NCBI GenBank assembly: GCA_965226375.1
Contig: CBDDCX010000008.1
Location: 384,001-448,000 of the forward strand
Direction of reading: 5' to 3'
Source of the DNA: Longimicrobiales bacterium
Lineage (GTDB): Bacteria > Gemmatimonadota > Gemmatimonadetes > Longimicrobiales > Gaopeijiaceae
DNA length: 64,000 nucleotides
Made by a program: the position numbers and the translations under genes. The notes below the pieces were generated by a model. That model saw only the letters and a list, made by a program, of their open reading frames with translations, made no database searches and was not told where the DNA came from. The first letter of the stretch is position 1. The number at the start of each line of letters is the position of its first letter. Shown in pieces: positions 9,988 to 19,757 of the stretch.

Positions 9988-11334
9988 TCAGTTCGAGCCG
10001 ACGGTACCCGTGGTCCGGAATCCCGGATCGTTCAGTGCTGGGAACGTCAGAGACCCGCGGTCCAGAACGTCACCTCCCTGGATGACGGTCACGATGTTCC
10101 GCGTGTCTGCGACATTCTCCGCGGGGTTGCCTTCGACCACGATGAGGTCGGCGATCTTGCCAACCTCGAGGGTGCCCCACTCGTCACCGGCGTTCATGAG
10201 TGCGGCGGCGTTTTTCGTGGCGGCCGAGATGGCCTCGAGGGGTGACAGCCCGGCCTCTACCAGGAGCTCCAACTCCCGGTGGACTCCTTCCCCTTGAAAG
10301 ACCCCGGGGTAGGGGGCGTCCGTTCCGGTTACGAGCGGCACGCCGGCGTCGTGCAGACGCTTCAGGTTGGCCTGTGCCGAAGCGAGCCGCTCGATGGAGC
10401 GGGACCGTCGCGCCGCATCACGATCGGTGACTTCTGATGTGCCCATGGCCCGCAAGTCGTCGAGAAACCACGGGGGCGTCGTCTGCGTGACGAGAGGATG
10501 ATCCAGAAAGCTCAAGTCTCCCAGGCGGCGCCATGATCCCCATTCGATCACGGCGAGGGTCGTGATGTTCGCGGTGCCGTTCTCCAGCATCTCGGCGACG
10601 GCGTCGTCACCCCACTCTCCCGTAGGTGCGTGGGCCAGGGCAGTCACGCCGGAGCGGACGGCGGTCCGGTGATCCTCGGGTGGACCCAGGTCCACCACCA
10701 CCCCCAACGACTCCTCCTCGGCGACCGCCACGAGGGAGTCGACCTGCTCGGCGTTTAGACCGCTGTATCCCTTGATCATATCCACGCCCGCGGCCTTCAG
10801 CTGCACGACGAAACTGCGCAGGTCCTCGTAGTTTGCGACGATGTAGGTGATGGGAGGCCACGCGGCGTCCGGGGCGTCCACCAGAGGTCCCACCATGTAG
10901 ATGCGGGGACCCGCGATGCGACCGGCCTCGATCTCAGATCGCATCTGCTGGATGAAGGGCAGGACGTTGCCCACGTCCAGCACCGTGGTCACGCCGGAGT
11001 AGAGCAGGGCGTTCAAGTAGCGCTGATAACCCAGCATGTCCGTAGAGAAGCCGTCCCAGCCACCGACGAGGTGGACGTGCATATCGGCAAGGCCGGGCAT
11101 GACCGTGTTCCCGCCTACATCGAGGACCCGAGCACCGTCCGGGATCAGGACATCCGTCGCAGAGCCGACCGCGCTGATGCGGTCCCCGGTCACCACGAGC
11201 ACACCGTCTTCTATCGGGGCGCCACCGTTCCCGTCGATGATCAGCGCGTTGGTGATGGCCAAGGTGTCGGAGTCGGGCTGAGCGCAGGCCAGGATGGCCA
11301 GGAACGCGAGCCCTCCCATGAATGATCGTTTCAT
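9988..11334 (-). CDS. Amidohydrolase family lipoprotein
   Basis: PGLADMHVH, GTDAP and G.LEVGKIADL motifs; start ATG 11334 with RBS and ILAC lipobox. Confidence 0.9.
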   Translation of the reverse strand: MKRSFMGGLAFLAILACAQPDSDTLAITNALIIDGNGGAPIEDGVLVVTGDRISAVGSATDVLIPDGARVLDVGGNTVMPGLADMHVHLVGGWDGFSTDMLGYQRYLNALLYSGVTTVLDVGNVLPFIQQMRSEIEAGRIAGPRIYMVGPLVDAPDAAWPPITYIVANYEDLRSFVVQLKAAGVDMIKGYSGLNAEQVDSLVAVAEEESLGVVVDLGPPEDHRTAVRSGVTALAHAPTGEWGDDAVAEMLENGTANITTLAVIEWGSWRRLGDLSFLDHPLVTQTTPPWFLDDLRAMGTSEVTDRDAARRSRSIERLASAQANLKRLHDAGVPLVTGTDAPYPGVFQGEGVHRELELLVEAGLSPLEAISAATKNAAALMNAGDEWGTLEVGKIADLIVVEGNPAENVADTRNIVTVIQGGDVLDRGSLTFPALNDPGFRTTGTVGSN

Positions 11335-11356
11335 CGGTAGTCCTGTCGGTCCGCCG

Positions 11357-11858
11357 TCACAGCCACTCCATGACCCAGGTGAACTTGAAGGTCCCGTTGG
11401 TCCAGGCGTTCGAGCCCAGGAGGTCCACGACGGCATCACCGAAAGTGGGATCCGTATTGGTTTCCACGGTGACGGCGATGAAGTAGGGACTGTGCGTGGT
11501 CCAGTTGTCGTAGTTGAGCGTGTACCGTTCCTTGGACGAAGCTGTAGTCGGCGGGAAGGTAGGGGGCCAGGCCGGCCGGCATAGCCCCCACCGAGGCGTC
11601 CGGAGGCCACACATGGTTGTCCGCCATGTAGTTCATCACGCCTAAGCGCAGGACTTCGAGATCTGCGACAGCGTCCACGGCGCGCGCCTTGACCAAAGCC
11701 ATCTTGATGTTGGGCATGGCGATGGCCACGAGAATGGAGATGATCAGAGCCACGACCGCGAGCTCGACGAGCGTGAACCCGCGGCGGTCGCGAGGCCCGA
11801 AGATGGATCGCAGGGTCCTCTGGGTGCCCGTGCCGATCATGGCGACCGGGATCCTCAT
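11357..11858 (-). pseudogene. Type IV pilin/pseudopilin with N-methylation motif, frameshifted near 11535
   Basis: RRG-FTLVEL class III signal; a plausible C-terminus (ERYTLNYDNW...WVMEWL) continues in another frame. Confidence 0.7.
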
Positions 11859-12367
11859 GGTGCGCCCCCTTCCAGCACGATCTGGGCGTTACCCACGAGT
11901 TCCGTCAGCGGTTGGTCGGATACGTAGACGACGACCTGCTCACCCCGCACGGCTGTGAGCCGGAATCGACCGGGGCCGTCGGCAGCGTACTCGAAACGGT
12001 CGGCCCGGATGGTGTCCGGCACGGCCTCCTCTACCGTGGTTGGCAGTCTGCCCGTTCTCGCCTGGAAGTTCAGGATCCGGACCGCCACCACATATACGTC
12101 CATACGCAGGCCCGACTCCTGCACGATGGGCGGGGGTGGAGGGAAGGAGGGTGGCTGGAGGAAGGCCGGTGGAGAAACCCAGAGCCAGACCGACAGCAGG
12201 GTGAGCACTAAGGCCGCCACCGCGGGCGCGCGGCTCGGTCTCTTTGGCTGAGACCGAACTCCGTCTTGCCTTTCTTTACGCTCGACCTGGTCCTCGAGGA
12301 CGGCCTTGAGCGCATCACTGGCTTCCTGTCCTCTCGATGGTTGGGGTGGGGGGGGCTCTCGGCTCAT
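11855..12367 (-). CDS. Single-TM hypothetical protein with pseudopilin-like 'TGRLP' segment
   Basis: One TM helix and a Pro-rich linker; stop overlaps the pilin start. Confidence 0.6.
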   Translation of the reverse strand: MSREPPPPQPSRGQEASDALKAVLEDQVERKERQDGVRSQPKRPSRAPAVAALVLTLLSVWLWVSPPAFLQPPSFPPPPPIVQESGLRMDVYVVAVRILNFQARTGRLPTTVEEAVPDTIRADRFEYAADGPGRFRLTAVRGEQVVVYVSDQPLTELVGNAQIVLEGGAP

Positions 12368-12383
12368 GTCGCGCTCAGGAGCC

Positions 12384-12917
12384 TCACGGTTTGAGAGCCT
12401 CGATCACCCCCGCTACGGCGCGCTGCCATCGCTCGAGGTAGCTGTCGAATCCGTCAGCGAACTGCTGAACGTCCGGGTTCGCCCCCTCGGAGAGGGAGGT
12501 GATCCGGTGCTCCACGTGAACCACTGTGCCGCCGTCCGCCGGCTCCGTCAGGCGCATGTCGAACTCCCACGTCTCCATATCCGGAACGAAGATGACGTAC
12601 TTGATACGCTTCGGCGGATCGGAATCCACGACCGTCCAGATCTGTTGGATGCCCGCCCTCTTGTGGGTCTGGCGGAGCACGGCTCCGGGCTGTCCTTCAC
12701 CCGACGTGGGATAGAGGAGTTCTACGTCCCAGGCGGATGCTCGGAGTCGCTTGCCCCGGGGCTCCAGGGCGGCGAAGACTTCAGAAGGACTCGCCTGGAA
12801 GTGGACCGATCCGGATCGTTCGATGTGTGTGGGTTCGAACGAGTTCTGGGCGGAGACGCTCACGGGCACGGTTGCAATCGCCATGACCCCCAGGGCGCCC
12901 AAGTGAAATCCATTCAT
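12384..12917 (-). CDS. Secreted SRPBCC/START-like protein
   Basis: Signal peptide; ASPSEVFAAL...W.VVDSDPPKRIKY pattern and C-terminal helix. Confidence 0.65.
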   Translation of the reverse strand: MNGFHLGALGVMAIATVPVSVSAQNSFEPTHIERSGSVHFQASPSEVFAALEPRGKRLRASAWDVELLYPTSGEGQPGAVLRQTHKRAGIQQIWTVVDSDPPKRIKYVIFVPDMETWEFDMRLTEPADGGTVVHVEHRITSLSEGANPDVQQFADGFDSYLERWQRAVAGVIEALKP

Positions 12918-13075
12918 CTTCCAAGTTAGCCTCCGCGCGCCGGCATCGCTCGTGGAACATTCATTCCGTCCGTTGCTCGGTCGGGAAGTTAGGCTGTAGA
13001 ATGCTTCTCGACATCCGCTCACGGCCAACACTGCGATTCCGACCCCCGCCCGACGAATCCAATCGAGGTTACTCC

Positions 13076-14413
13076 ATGAAGATGCACCATACCCTCGTCA
13101 TTGCGCTCGTCCTGTCCGGCGCAACGCTGCTGGCGACAGGTTCGGTCCTCGCCCAGATCAATTCCGAGGTGCGTGGGAGCGACAACATAGAGGTCGTCGC
13201 CCACCTGCCGCTCGGAGAATTTCGGACCATCTCCGACGTCGAGGTCGAACAGGACATGTCCCGACCCTACGCCTATGTCGGTCGGCAGTTGGCCAGCGGA
13301 CGACCCCCGGAGACTCTCGTGGCGCGGGGTATGGACGTGATCGACATCAGCGACCCCGAGAACCCCAAAGTGCTGCATCGGTGGCGGATCGAGAATCCCG
13401 ACCTGCACGTGGGGGGCGGCGGCAAGGACATCAAGATCTTCAGCTGGAACGGCCGGCATTATGCGGTCCTGGCGACCCAGTTCCGCCAAGGCGGGCCGGA
13501 TGCGGACCTTGGAGCCATCATTTTCGACGTCACCGACCTTCCTGAGACGCTGACCGAAGTGGCTCGGATCCAGGGACCCGGAGAGCTTGGTGGCTTCCAC
13601 AACATCTACGTCTACAAACACTCCAACGGTCGGGTGCTGCTCTTCAGCACGGTCTCGGCTCCCCATGCCAACATCTACGACCTCGGATACGTGGTCGAAG
13701 GGCGGGTCGATGAGGCCTTGGTGGCCAACGTCCCCGTTCCAGCGGAGGGTGGCAGGGGCTATCACGACTTCTACACGGGCTATCATGCCGACAGCGAACA
13801 GGATCGCTTCTACGGCGGTGGTACCGGCGGATACTACGTGTACAACGTGACCGATCTGGAAAATCCGGAGCTCCTGGTGAGCCTGACGGGCATCAACGGG
13901 GTTCGCGGCGGGCACACCTTCACGCCGTCACCGGATGGCCGTTACGTGGTGGCCGAGACCGAGTATCAGTACGCACCGATCCGCATCTTCGATCTCAAGC
14001 CCGGTCTGGACGGTGAGGTCGCCAACATCAACCGGCCTATCTCCGCCTGGACGGCCAACTGGGAGAACCTGGTTCACAACCACGAGGTGCGCTGGCCGTT
14101 GGTTTTTGTGTCCGGATACCGAGATGGCCTGCAGATCTTCAGCCTTCAGGATCCCAAGCATCCGAAGACGGTTGGTCACTACGACACCAACATTGGGCTC
14201 GAGGAGGGTGTCAACATTACACACGGCGCCTGGGGTGTGGATGTACGCAACGCAGACGGCCTCATTTTGATCTCCGACATGTCGACGGGCTTGTGGCTCT
14301 TCCACATGGAGGGGTTCAACGGTTGGAACGGGTTGGACTACGGAATGCCGAACATCTCGAGTGAGCAGGACTTTGTGAACGGGCCTGCGGTCCAGGCGGT
14401 GACGAGGAACTGA
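13076..14413 (+). CDS. Secreted LVIVD-repeat-like beta-propeller protein (paralogue 1)
   Basis: Signal peptide; DVIDISDPENP repeats; GGFHN, GYHD, GHTF and HNHE motifs. Confidence 0.85.
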   Translation: MKMHHTLVIALVLSGATLLATGSVLAQINSEVRGSDNIEVVAHLPLGEFRTISDVEVEQDMSRPYAYVGRQLASGRPPETLVARGMDVIDISDPENPKVLHRWRIENPDLHVGGGGKDIKIFSWNGRHYAVLATQFRQGGPDADLGAIIFDVTDLPETLTEVARIQGPGELGGFHNIYVYKHSNGRVLLFSTVSAPHANIYDLGYVVEGRVDEALVANVPVPAEGGRGYHDFYTGYHADSEQDRFYGGGTGGYYVYNVTDLENPELLVSLTGINGVRGGHTFTPSPDGRYVVAETEYQYAPIRIFDLKPGLDGEVANINRPISAWTANWENLVHNHEVRWPLVFVSGYRDGLQIFSLQDPKHPKTVGHYDTNIGLEEGVNITHGAWGVDVRNADGLILISDMSTGLWLFHMEGFNGWNGLDYGMPNISSEQDFVNGPAVQAVTRN

Positions 14414-14474
14414 GGGGACGAGTCGAACGATTGGGCAGATGACTGCCGATGCATCGAATCAAAAGAGGTGAGAC

Positions 14475-15794
14475 ATGAGAATGAATCGTACCGTAACGCT
14501 CGGCGCTCTGGTCGGCTTGGCCGTTCTCGCGACCGGCACAGCGCTGGCCGCGCAGGACGACTCCGAGGACCGGGGTAGCGCCAACATCGAGGTGGTCGCT
14601 CACATTCCGCTCGGCGTGGAGGTGTCGGACATCGAGGTCGAGCAGAACATGGACCGTCCGTATGTCTATGTCGCCCGTCAAAATCGCGGCCTGGACATCA
14701 TCGACATCGCAGACCCCTACGACCCCGAGGTCATTCTGCGGTGGAGCTTCGACGACCCGGATCTGCACGTCGGGTCCGCCGGGAAGGACATCAAGATCTT
14801 CGAGTACGAGGGACGTAACTACGTCGTGCACTCGGTCCAGTTCCGACAGGGTGGTCCTGACGCGGACCTCGGAGCCGTCGTGTTCGACGCTACGGACCTT
14901 CCCGACGTCTCGACGTTCAAGGAAGTGGGTCGGATCCAAGGGCCCGGTGAGCTCGGTGGATTCCACAACATCTACGTCTACCGGCACAGCAATGGCCGGC
15001 CACTCCTCTTTGCCACTGTTTCTGGGCCGTACGCCAACGTGTACGACCTGGGCTATGTGATAGACGGGCGTGTCGACGAGGCCCTCGTGGCCCAGGTTCC
15101 CGTTCCCGAGTCGCAGGCGGTTGCCGGCTCACGCGGCTATCACGACTTCTATACCGGATACGACGCCGACAGCGAGCAGGACCGCTTCTACGGTGGCGGC
15201 ACGGGCGGTTACTACGTGTACAACGTTACCGATCTCGAGAATCCGGAGCTCCTGGTGAGCCTTACCGGCATCAATGGCGTCACCCGCGGACACACGTTCA
15301 CGCCCTCTCCCGACGGCCGCTACGTTGTCGCCGAGACGGAGTACCAGTACGCCCCGCTCCGAATCTTCGACCTGAAGCCGGGCCTGGACGGTGAGGTCAC
15401 GAACATCCGGACGCCGATCTCGGCTTGGACGGCCAACTGGGAGAACCTGTCCCACAACCATGAGGTGCGTTGGCCTTATGTGTTCGTGTCCGCCTACCTG
15501 GACGGACTCCAGGTCTTTACCCTTTCGGACCCGAAGCACCCGAAGACGATCGCCCACTACGACACCTATCTCGAGACTGCGGAGGACAAGGAGCGGGCCA
15601 TGAACGGCTCCTGGGGTATCGACGTGCGTAACGCGGATGGACTGATTGTCATGTCTGATATCGAGACGGGCTTCTGGGCCTTCAAGATGGAGGGCTTCTC
15701 CGGTTGGAACGGACTGGACTGGGGCGTGCCGAACATCTCCAGCGCGCAGGACTGGGAGAATGGCCCGGCCGTTCAGGCACGCAGCCGGAACTAG
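14475..15794 (+). CDS. Secreted LVIVD-repeat-like beta-propeller protein (paralogue 2)
   Basis: Tandem paralogue of 13076-14413 with long identical peptide blocks. Confidence 0.85.
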   Translation: MRMNRTVTLGALVGLAVLATGTALAAQDDSEDRGSANIEVVAHIPLGVEVSDIEVEQNMDRPYVYVARQNRGLDIIDIADPYDPEVILRWSFDDPDLHVGSAGKDIKIFEYEGRNYVVHSVQFRQGGPDADLGAVVFDATDLPDVSTFKEVGRIQGPGELGGFHNIYVYRHSNGRPLLFATVSGPYANVYDLGYVIDGRVDEALVAQVPVPESQAVAGSRGYHDFYTGYDADSEQDRFYGGGTGGYYVYNVTDLENPELLVSLTGINGVTRGHTFTPSPDGRYVVAETEYQYAPLRIFDLKPGLDGEVTNIRTPISAWTANWENLSHNHEVRWPYVFVSAYLDGLQVFTLSDPKHPKTIAHYDTYLETAEDKERAMNGSWGIDVRNADGLIVMSDIETGFWAFKMEGFSGWNGLDWGVPNISSAQDWENGPAVQARSRN

Positions 15795-15846
15795 ACGGAC
15801 TCCCCCGGAACGACGACGATATCGTTCCCGGTTGGGAGTTGAGGGC

Positions 15847-17769
15847 ATGAGAGAGCCGATCTTCGCGCTCTCGCTCTTGGGCCTCGTCGCCTGGGTCGCT
15901 TGCGACCCGGGCGGCGGGGCCGTTTCGTTGTCGCCCGAGACGTGGCCCGCAGGTGAGCTAGATGCCTACCTAGAGCTCGAAAGTGCCCGTCAGCCGAGCC
16001 CACCAAGCGTCGAGGCGGACAACGTCATGGTGGCGGGGATCACCAGCGCGACCGCCGTGCGCGCCGGATACGAGGCCTTGGTACAGGGTGGGTCCGCGGT
16101 GGATGCGGTCATGACCACCACGCTCACCGAGATTGCGCTTACCACCGGGTCACCGGTCACACTGGCCGGCGAGATGGTGATGCTCTACTACGAGGCTGCC
16201 ACCTCGCGAGTCCACTCGATGAGCGCCACGTACAGTACGGTGCTCGAAGAGGACGACCCGCTCTCGATTCCACCCCAGGGCACGCCGAGCGGTCGGGCCA
16301 CCCTGGTGCCGGGCGTGGCGGCCGGCATCGGCGCCGCGCACGAGCGCTTCGGAGTGCTTCCGTGGGCGAGTCTCTTTACGCCGGCCATCTACTTTGCCGA
16401 GAACGGCTTTGAGGTCAACGCCCTCCGGGCAGCCCAGTTCGAGTCTCGGGGCCACGTCATCACGCGCTATCCCGAGGGCCGTGACATCTTCCAGAAGGAT
16501 GACGGCTCGCTCTATGTGGAGGGAGACTGGCTCACGCAGCCGGCCATGGCCGAGACGCTCAAGCAAATGGCTGCTCAGGGCACGGACTACTTCTACCGTG
16601 GTGAGTGGGCCGAGAGTCTGGTCGAAGCGGTGCAGGAGATCGAGGGCCGTCTGACCATGGAGGACATGGACCGCTACCAGGTGCTCTGGGCGGAGCCGGT
16701 CCACACCACATACCGCGACTTCGATCTGTACGGAGCCGCGCTCCCGAGCTTTGGGGGGATCCACACGGCCGAGGCGTTCAACCTCTTCGAGCTCGCGGAC
16801 CTTCCCGCTCGTGGGCATCCGACCTCGACGCCCGAGTCGCTCTACTGGCTCTTGCAGGTCGCCACCCTGCCGGCACTACTGAGTCCGCCGTTGGCCGGCA
16901 CCTTCCTTCCGGACGGCCTCGTGGATCGTTATCTGCCCGGTGTGGACGTGTCGCCTTCGGGACGGACCAGCAAGGCCACGGCGGCCGAGCTTTGGAACGC
17001 CATGCAGACAGACACCTGGGTCGAGGTGCACCAGGCGGTCGCAGAGGCGCGGGCAGTCGACGCCGCCACCATCGAGAGCCTGACCGACGGCTTCGGACGC
17101 CGTCGATCGTCGCAGGACGAGGACGATGAGAACGCCGACAACAACGATGCCGGGTCGGACGAGGGCAATGGGGCCGATGCCGCTGAATGGGATGAGGAGG
17201 GCCACCATACGGCTGGGATCATCGCCGTGGACGCGGCGGGCAACATGGCAGTGGTTCTACACTCCATCAACAGGCCCCTCTATGGAGAGACCGGGCTGTT
17301 CGTGGGGGGGATCACCGTCCCCGATGCGGCGGCCTTCCAGCAGGATCTCGTCCAACGCGTCGGTCCGGGGCAGCGCGTCCCCGAGTGGGACACGCCTACC
17401 ATCGTGCTGCGCGACGGCAGACCCTATCTGGGTAGCACCACGATCGGTGGAGCCTACCACGAGGTGAACATCCAGAACCTGATGAACGTGCTCGCCTTCG
17501 ACATGGATCCGGCCGAGGCGGCCGTCCAGCCGCGCATCCGCAAGAAGTGGCCCACATTCAACCCGCTCCGACAACCTTACGGGGCTCCCGGTGAGTACTC
17601 CCTCGAGATACTGGAGGCGGTGCGGGATATGGGGATGGACATCGTGCCCACGGAGCCGGGCACCCCTGCCTCGTTCGGAGGTGCGTGGGTAGGTGTGAGG
17701 ATCGATCCGGAAACGGGAGTTCTGCAGGGTGCCCGGACGCCCGGCACGGGTGCCATTATCGGAAACTAG
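15847..17769 (+). CDS. Gamma-glutamyltransferase family (Ntn hydrolase) lipoprotein
   Basis: GGSAVDAV, VPG.AAG...AHERFG.LPW and HTAGIIAVDAAGN (candidate Thr nucleophile); WVAC lipobox. Confidence 0.9.
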   Translation: MREPIFALSLLGLVAWVACDPGGGAVSLSPETWPAGELDAYLELESARQPSPPSVEADNVMVAGITSATAVRAGYEALVQGGSAVDAVMTTTLTEIALTTGSPVTLAGEMVMLYYEAATSRVHSMSATYSTVLEEDDPLSIPPQGTPSGRATLVPGVAAGIGAAHERFGVLPWASLFTPAIYFAENGFEVNALRAAQFESRGHVITRYPEGRDIFQKDDGSLYVEGDWLTQPAMAETLKQMAAQGTDYFYRGEWAESLVEAVQEIEGRLTMEDMDRYQVLWAEPVHTTYRDFDLYGAALPSFGGIHTAEAFNLFELADLPARGHPTSTPESLYWLLQVATLPALLSPPLAGTFLPDGLVDRYLPGVDVSPSGRTSKATAAELWNAMQTDTWVEVHQAVAEARAVDAATIESLTDGFGRRRSSQDEDDENADNNDAGSDEGNGADAAEWDEEGHHTAGIIAVDAAGNMAVVLHSINRPLYGETGLFVGGITVPDAAAFQQDLVQRVGPGQRVPEWDTPTIVLRDGRPYLGSTTIGGAYHEVNIQNLMNVLAFDMDPAEAAVQPRIRKKWPTFNPLRQPYGAPGEYSLEILEAVRDMGMDIVPTEPGTPASFGGAWVGVRIDPETGVLQGARTPGTGAIIGN

Positions 17770-17814
17770 ACGCCGGGCCGTCGATCCCTGCAGGTGAGCG
17801 ATCCATCCCGGCGT

Positions 17815-18480
17815 TCAGTCCGTCTTGTCCAGCAGCCGCAACAGCGAGGCTCGTGCCTCAGGCACGTCGAAGTCGTACGGTCCCTGACCTCGCCGGTAGT
17901 GGATCCGCCCTCCTTCCACGATGTATATCCTCTCGGGCCAGGCTGAGAACGCCTCGCACGCTGCGTCGTCCATGCCGTCCACCAGGGTGGGGATGCTGAG
18001 TCCCAGCCGTTGGGCACACTGACGAGCGGCGTCCCACCGCTCGCTGAATACGGTGTGCTGGGCGATCCGGATTCCGGCGGCCTCGTTCGAGTCCGTTTGC
18101 CACCCGTCTACGGAGTGGGCCTCCGCGATGTAGACGATGAAGAACCGGGCCCGATCACCCAGCTCCTCGTAGAGGGCTTGCAGGGCGCCAGCCTGGCGCC
18201 TGAAGGGCGGTCACGTGTAGCTCCCGAAGATGAGCATCACGGGCCGATCGTACTCGGCCGCGATGTCCACGGTGTCCGAGCCTGCTTTGTCCCCGTCGGC
18301 CAATACGGTCAGGGAGAACGCGGGCACGGGGTCGCCTACCTCCAGACGGTCGGGTCGTCGATACGCCACGAGCGTGCACCGAATAGCCTCTTGCTGTGCG
18401 GCGTCTCGTGCCTCGGTCAGCGAGGACTCGTCACGTGGCTCCACGAGATCTCGGTCTACCGGTTGGTCCATATGCTCCAC
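17815..18480 (-). CDS. Iodothyronine deiodinase-like thioredoxin-fold selenoprotein (in-frame TGA 18211-18213; about 221 aa)
   Basis: Read-through gives RPVMLIFGSYT-U-PPF...FFIVYIAEAHSVDGW...VDGMDD...AWPERIYIVEGGRIHY...GPYDFD, matching deiodinase motifs on both sides of the TGA. Confidence 0.92.
18181..18210 (-). promoter_or_regulatory. Putative bacterial SECIS element
   Basis: Hairpin GGCGCC-AGGCT-GGCGCC starts 10 nt after the TGA. Confidence 0.75.
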
Positions 18481-18562
18481 TTAGCTATCCGAGCCGTTTC
18501 TTTTCCCGCTGAGGATATCGAGTACTATTGGTCCCAGGTCAACTCCTGAGAGTGAGTGAGTA

Positions 18563-19684
18563 TTGAGCGAATCGACGACTGTCGGCCTGCCAGAGGGGCG
18601 TCTGGTATCGTTGGACGTCTTCCGTGGACTCACCATGTTCGTGTTGATCGCCGAGAGCGCGCTCGTCTACGAGGCCCTCATGGACGTGGCTGCGCCGGGC
18701 TCTCTTCTCGAGGGCATCGTCCTTCAGTTCAACCACCACCCCTGGAACGGACTGCGCTTCTGGGATCTGGTTCAGCCTTTCTTCATGTTCATCGTGGGCG
18801 TGGCCATGGCGTTCTCGGTCTCCCGGAGGTGGTCGGCGGGCGATACCTGGGGCCAGACCTTCCGGCACGTCGCGGTTCGATGTCTGATTCTGCTCTGCCT
18901 CGGCGTGTCTCTGCATATCGGGTACGCCGGAGCCATGGTCTGGGAGTTCTGGAATGTTCTCAGTCAGCTCTCGGTCACGATTCTGGTCGCCTTCCTGCTC
19001 TTCAAGCTTCCGTTCCGTACGCAGCTCCTCATCTCGTTTGGACTGATCCTCCTCAGCGAGATCCTCTATCGCACGTTTCCGGTGGAGGGCTTCGACCAGC
19101 CCTTTGTCCAAGGGCAGAACTTCGGCGCCTGGGTGGACACTGTGCTCATGGGGAAGATCAATCCGAGTGGTTGGGTGGCTATCAACGCGCTTCCCACGGC
19201 GGCGCACACGATCTGGGGCGTGCTGGCGGGGAAGCTCCTGATGAGCGACCGTGCCGGTTCGGAGAAGCTGAAGTATCTGTTGATCGGCGGGCTGATCGGG
19301 CTTGGAGTCGGATACGGGCTGGACTGGACGGGGGTGACTCCGATCATCAAGCGTATCTGCACCAGCTCGTTCGTGATCGTGTCGGGCGGCTGGTGCCTTC
19401 TGACGCTCGCACTCCTGTACTGGCTTATGGATCTGAAGGGGCGCCGGTGGGGGACCAAACTGTTCGTTGTCGTGGGTATGAACCCGATCTTCATCTACAT
19501 GTTCGCCGAGACGCTGGGAGAGCAGTGGTTCAACGATTTCGTAGCCGTCTTCACGCACGGCATGTTGGGCTGGCTGGGCGCGGGAATTGGGACGATGGAG
19601 GTTGTCACGTCCTTGGTCGTGCTCGGGCTGATGACCTATCTGTGCTATTGGCTGTACCAGAGACGGATCTTCATACGAATCTGA
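18563..19684 (+). CDS. HGSNAT-like/DUF5009 membrane acyltransferase
   Basis: RLVSLDVFRG, HHPWNG..FWDLVQPFFMFIVG, PIIKRICTSSF and GMNPIFIY motifs. Confidence 0.9.
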   Translation: MSESTTVGLPEGRLVSLDVFRGLTMFVLIAESALVYEALMDVAAPGSLLEGIVLQFNHHPWNGLRFWDLVQPFFMFIVGVAMAFSVSRRWSAGDTWGQTFRHVAVRCLILLCLGVSLHIGYAGAMVWEFWNVLSQLSVTILVAFLLFKLPFRTQLLISFGLILLSEILYRTFPVEGFDQPFVQGQNFGAWVDTVLMGKINPSGWVAINALPTAAHTIWGVLAGKLLMSDRAGSEKLKYLLIGGLIGLGVGYGLDWTGVTPIIKRICTSSFVIVSGGWCLLTLALLYWLMDLKGRRWGTKLFVVVGMNPIFIYMFAETLGEQWFNDFVAVFTHGMLGWLGAGIGTMEVVTSLVVLGLMTYLCYWLYQRRIFIRI

Positions 19685-19757
19685 CGCCATCCGAACCACG
19701 CCGATCGACCCGTCCGAGGTCGGCGGCCCCAGACCACACTCCACACGATCCGGTGAT

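Noticed and set aside
18010..18549. Plus-strand 179-aa ORF as the real gene here
   Set aside because: It is antisense to the deiodinase-like frame, which carries several family motifs
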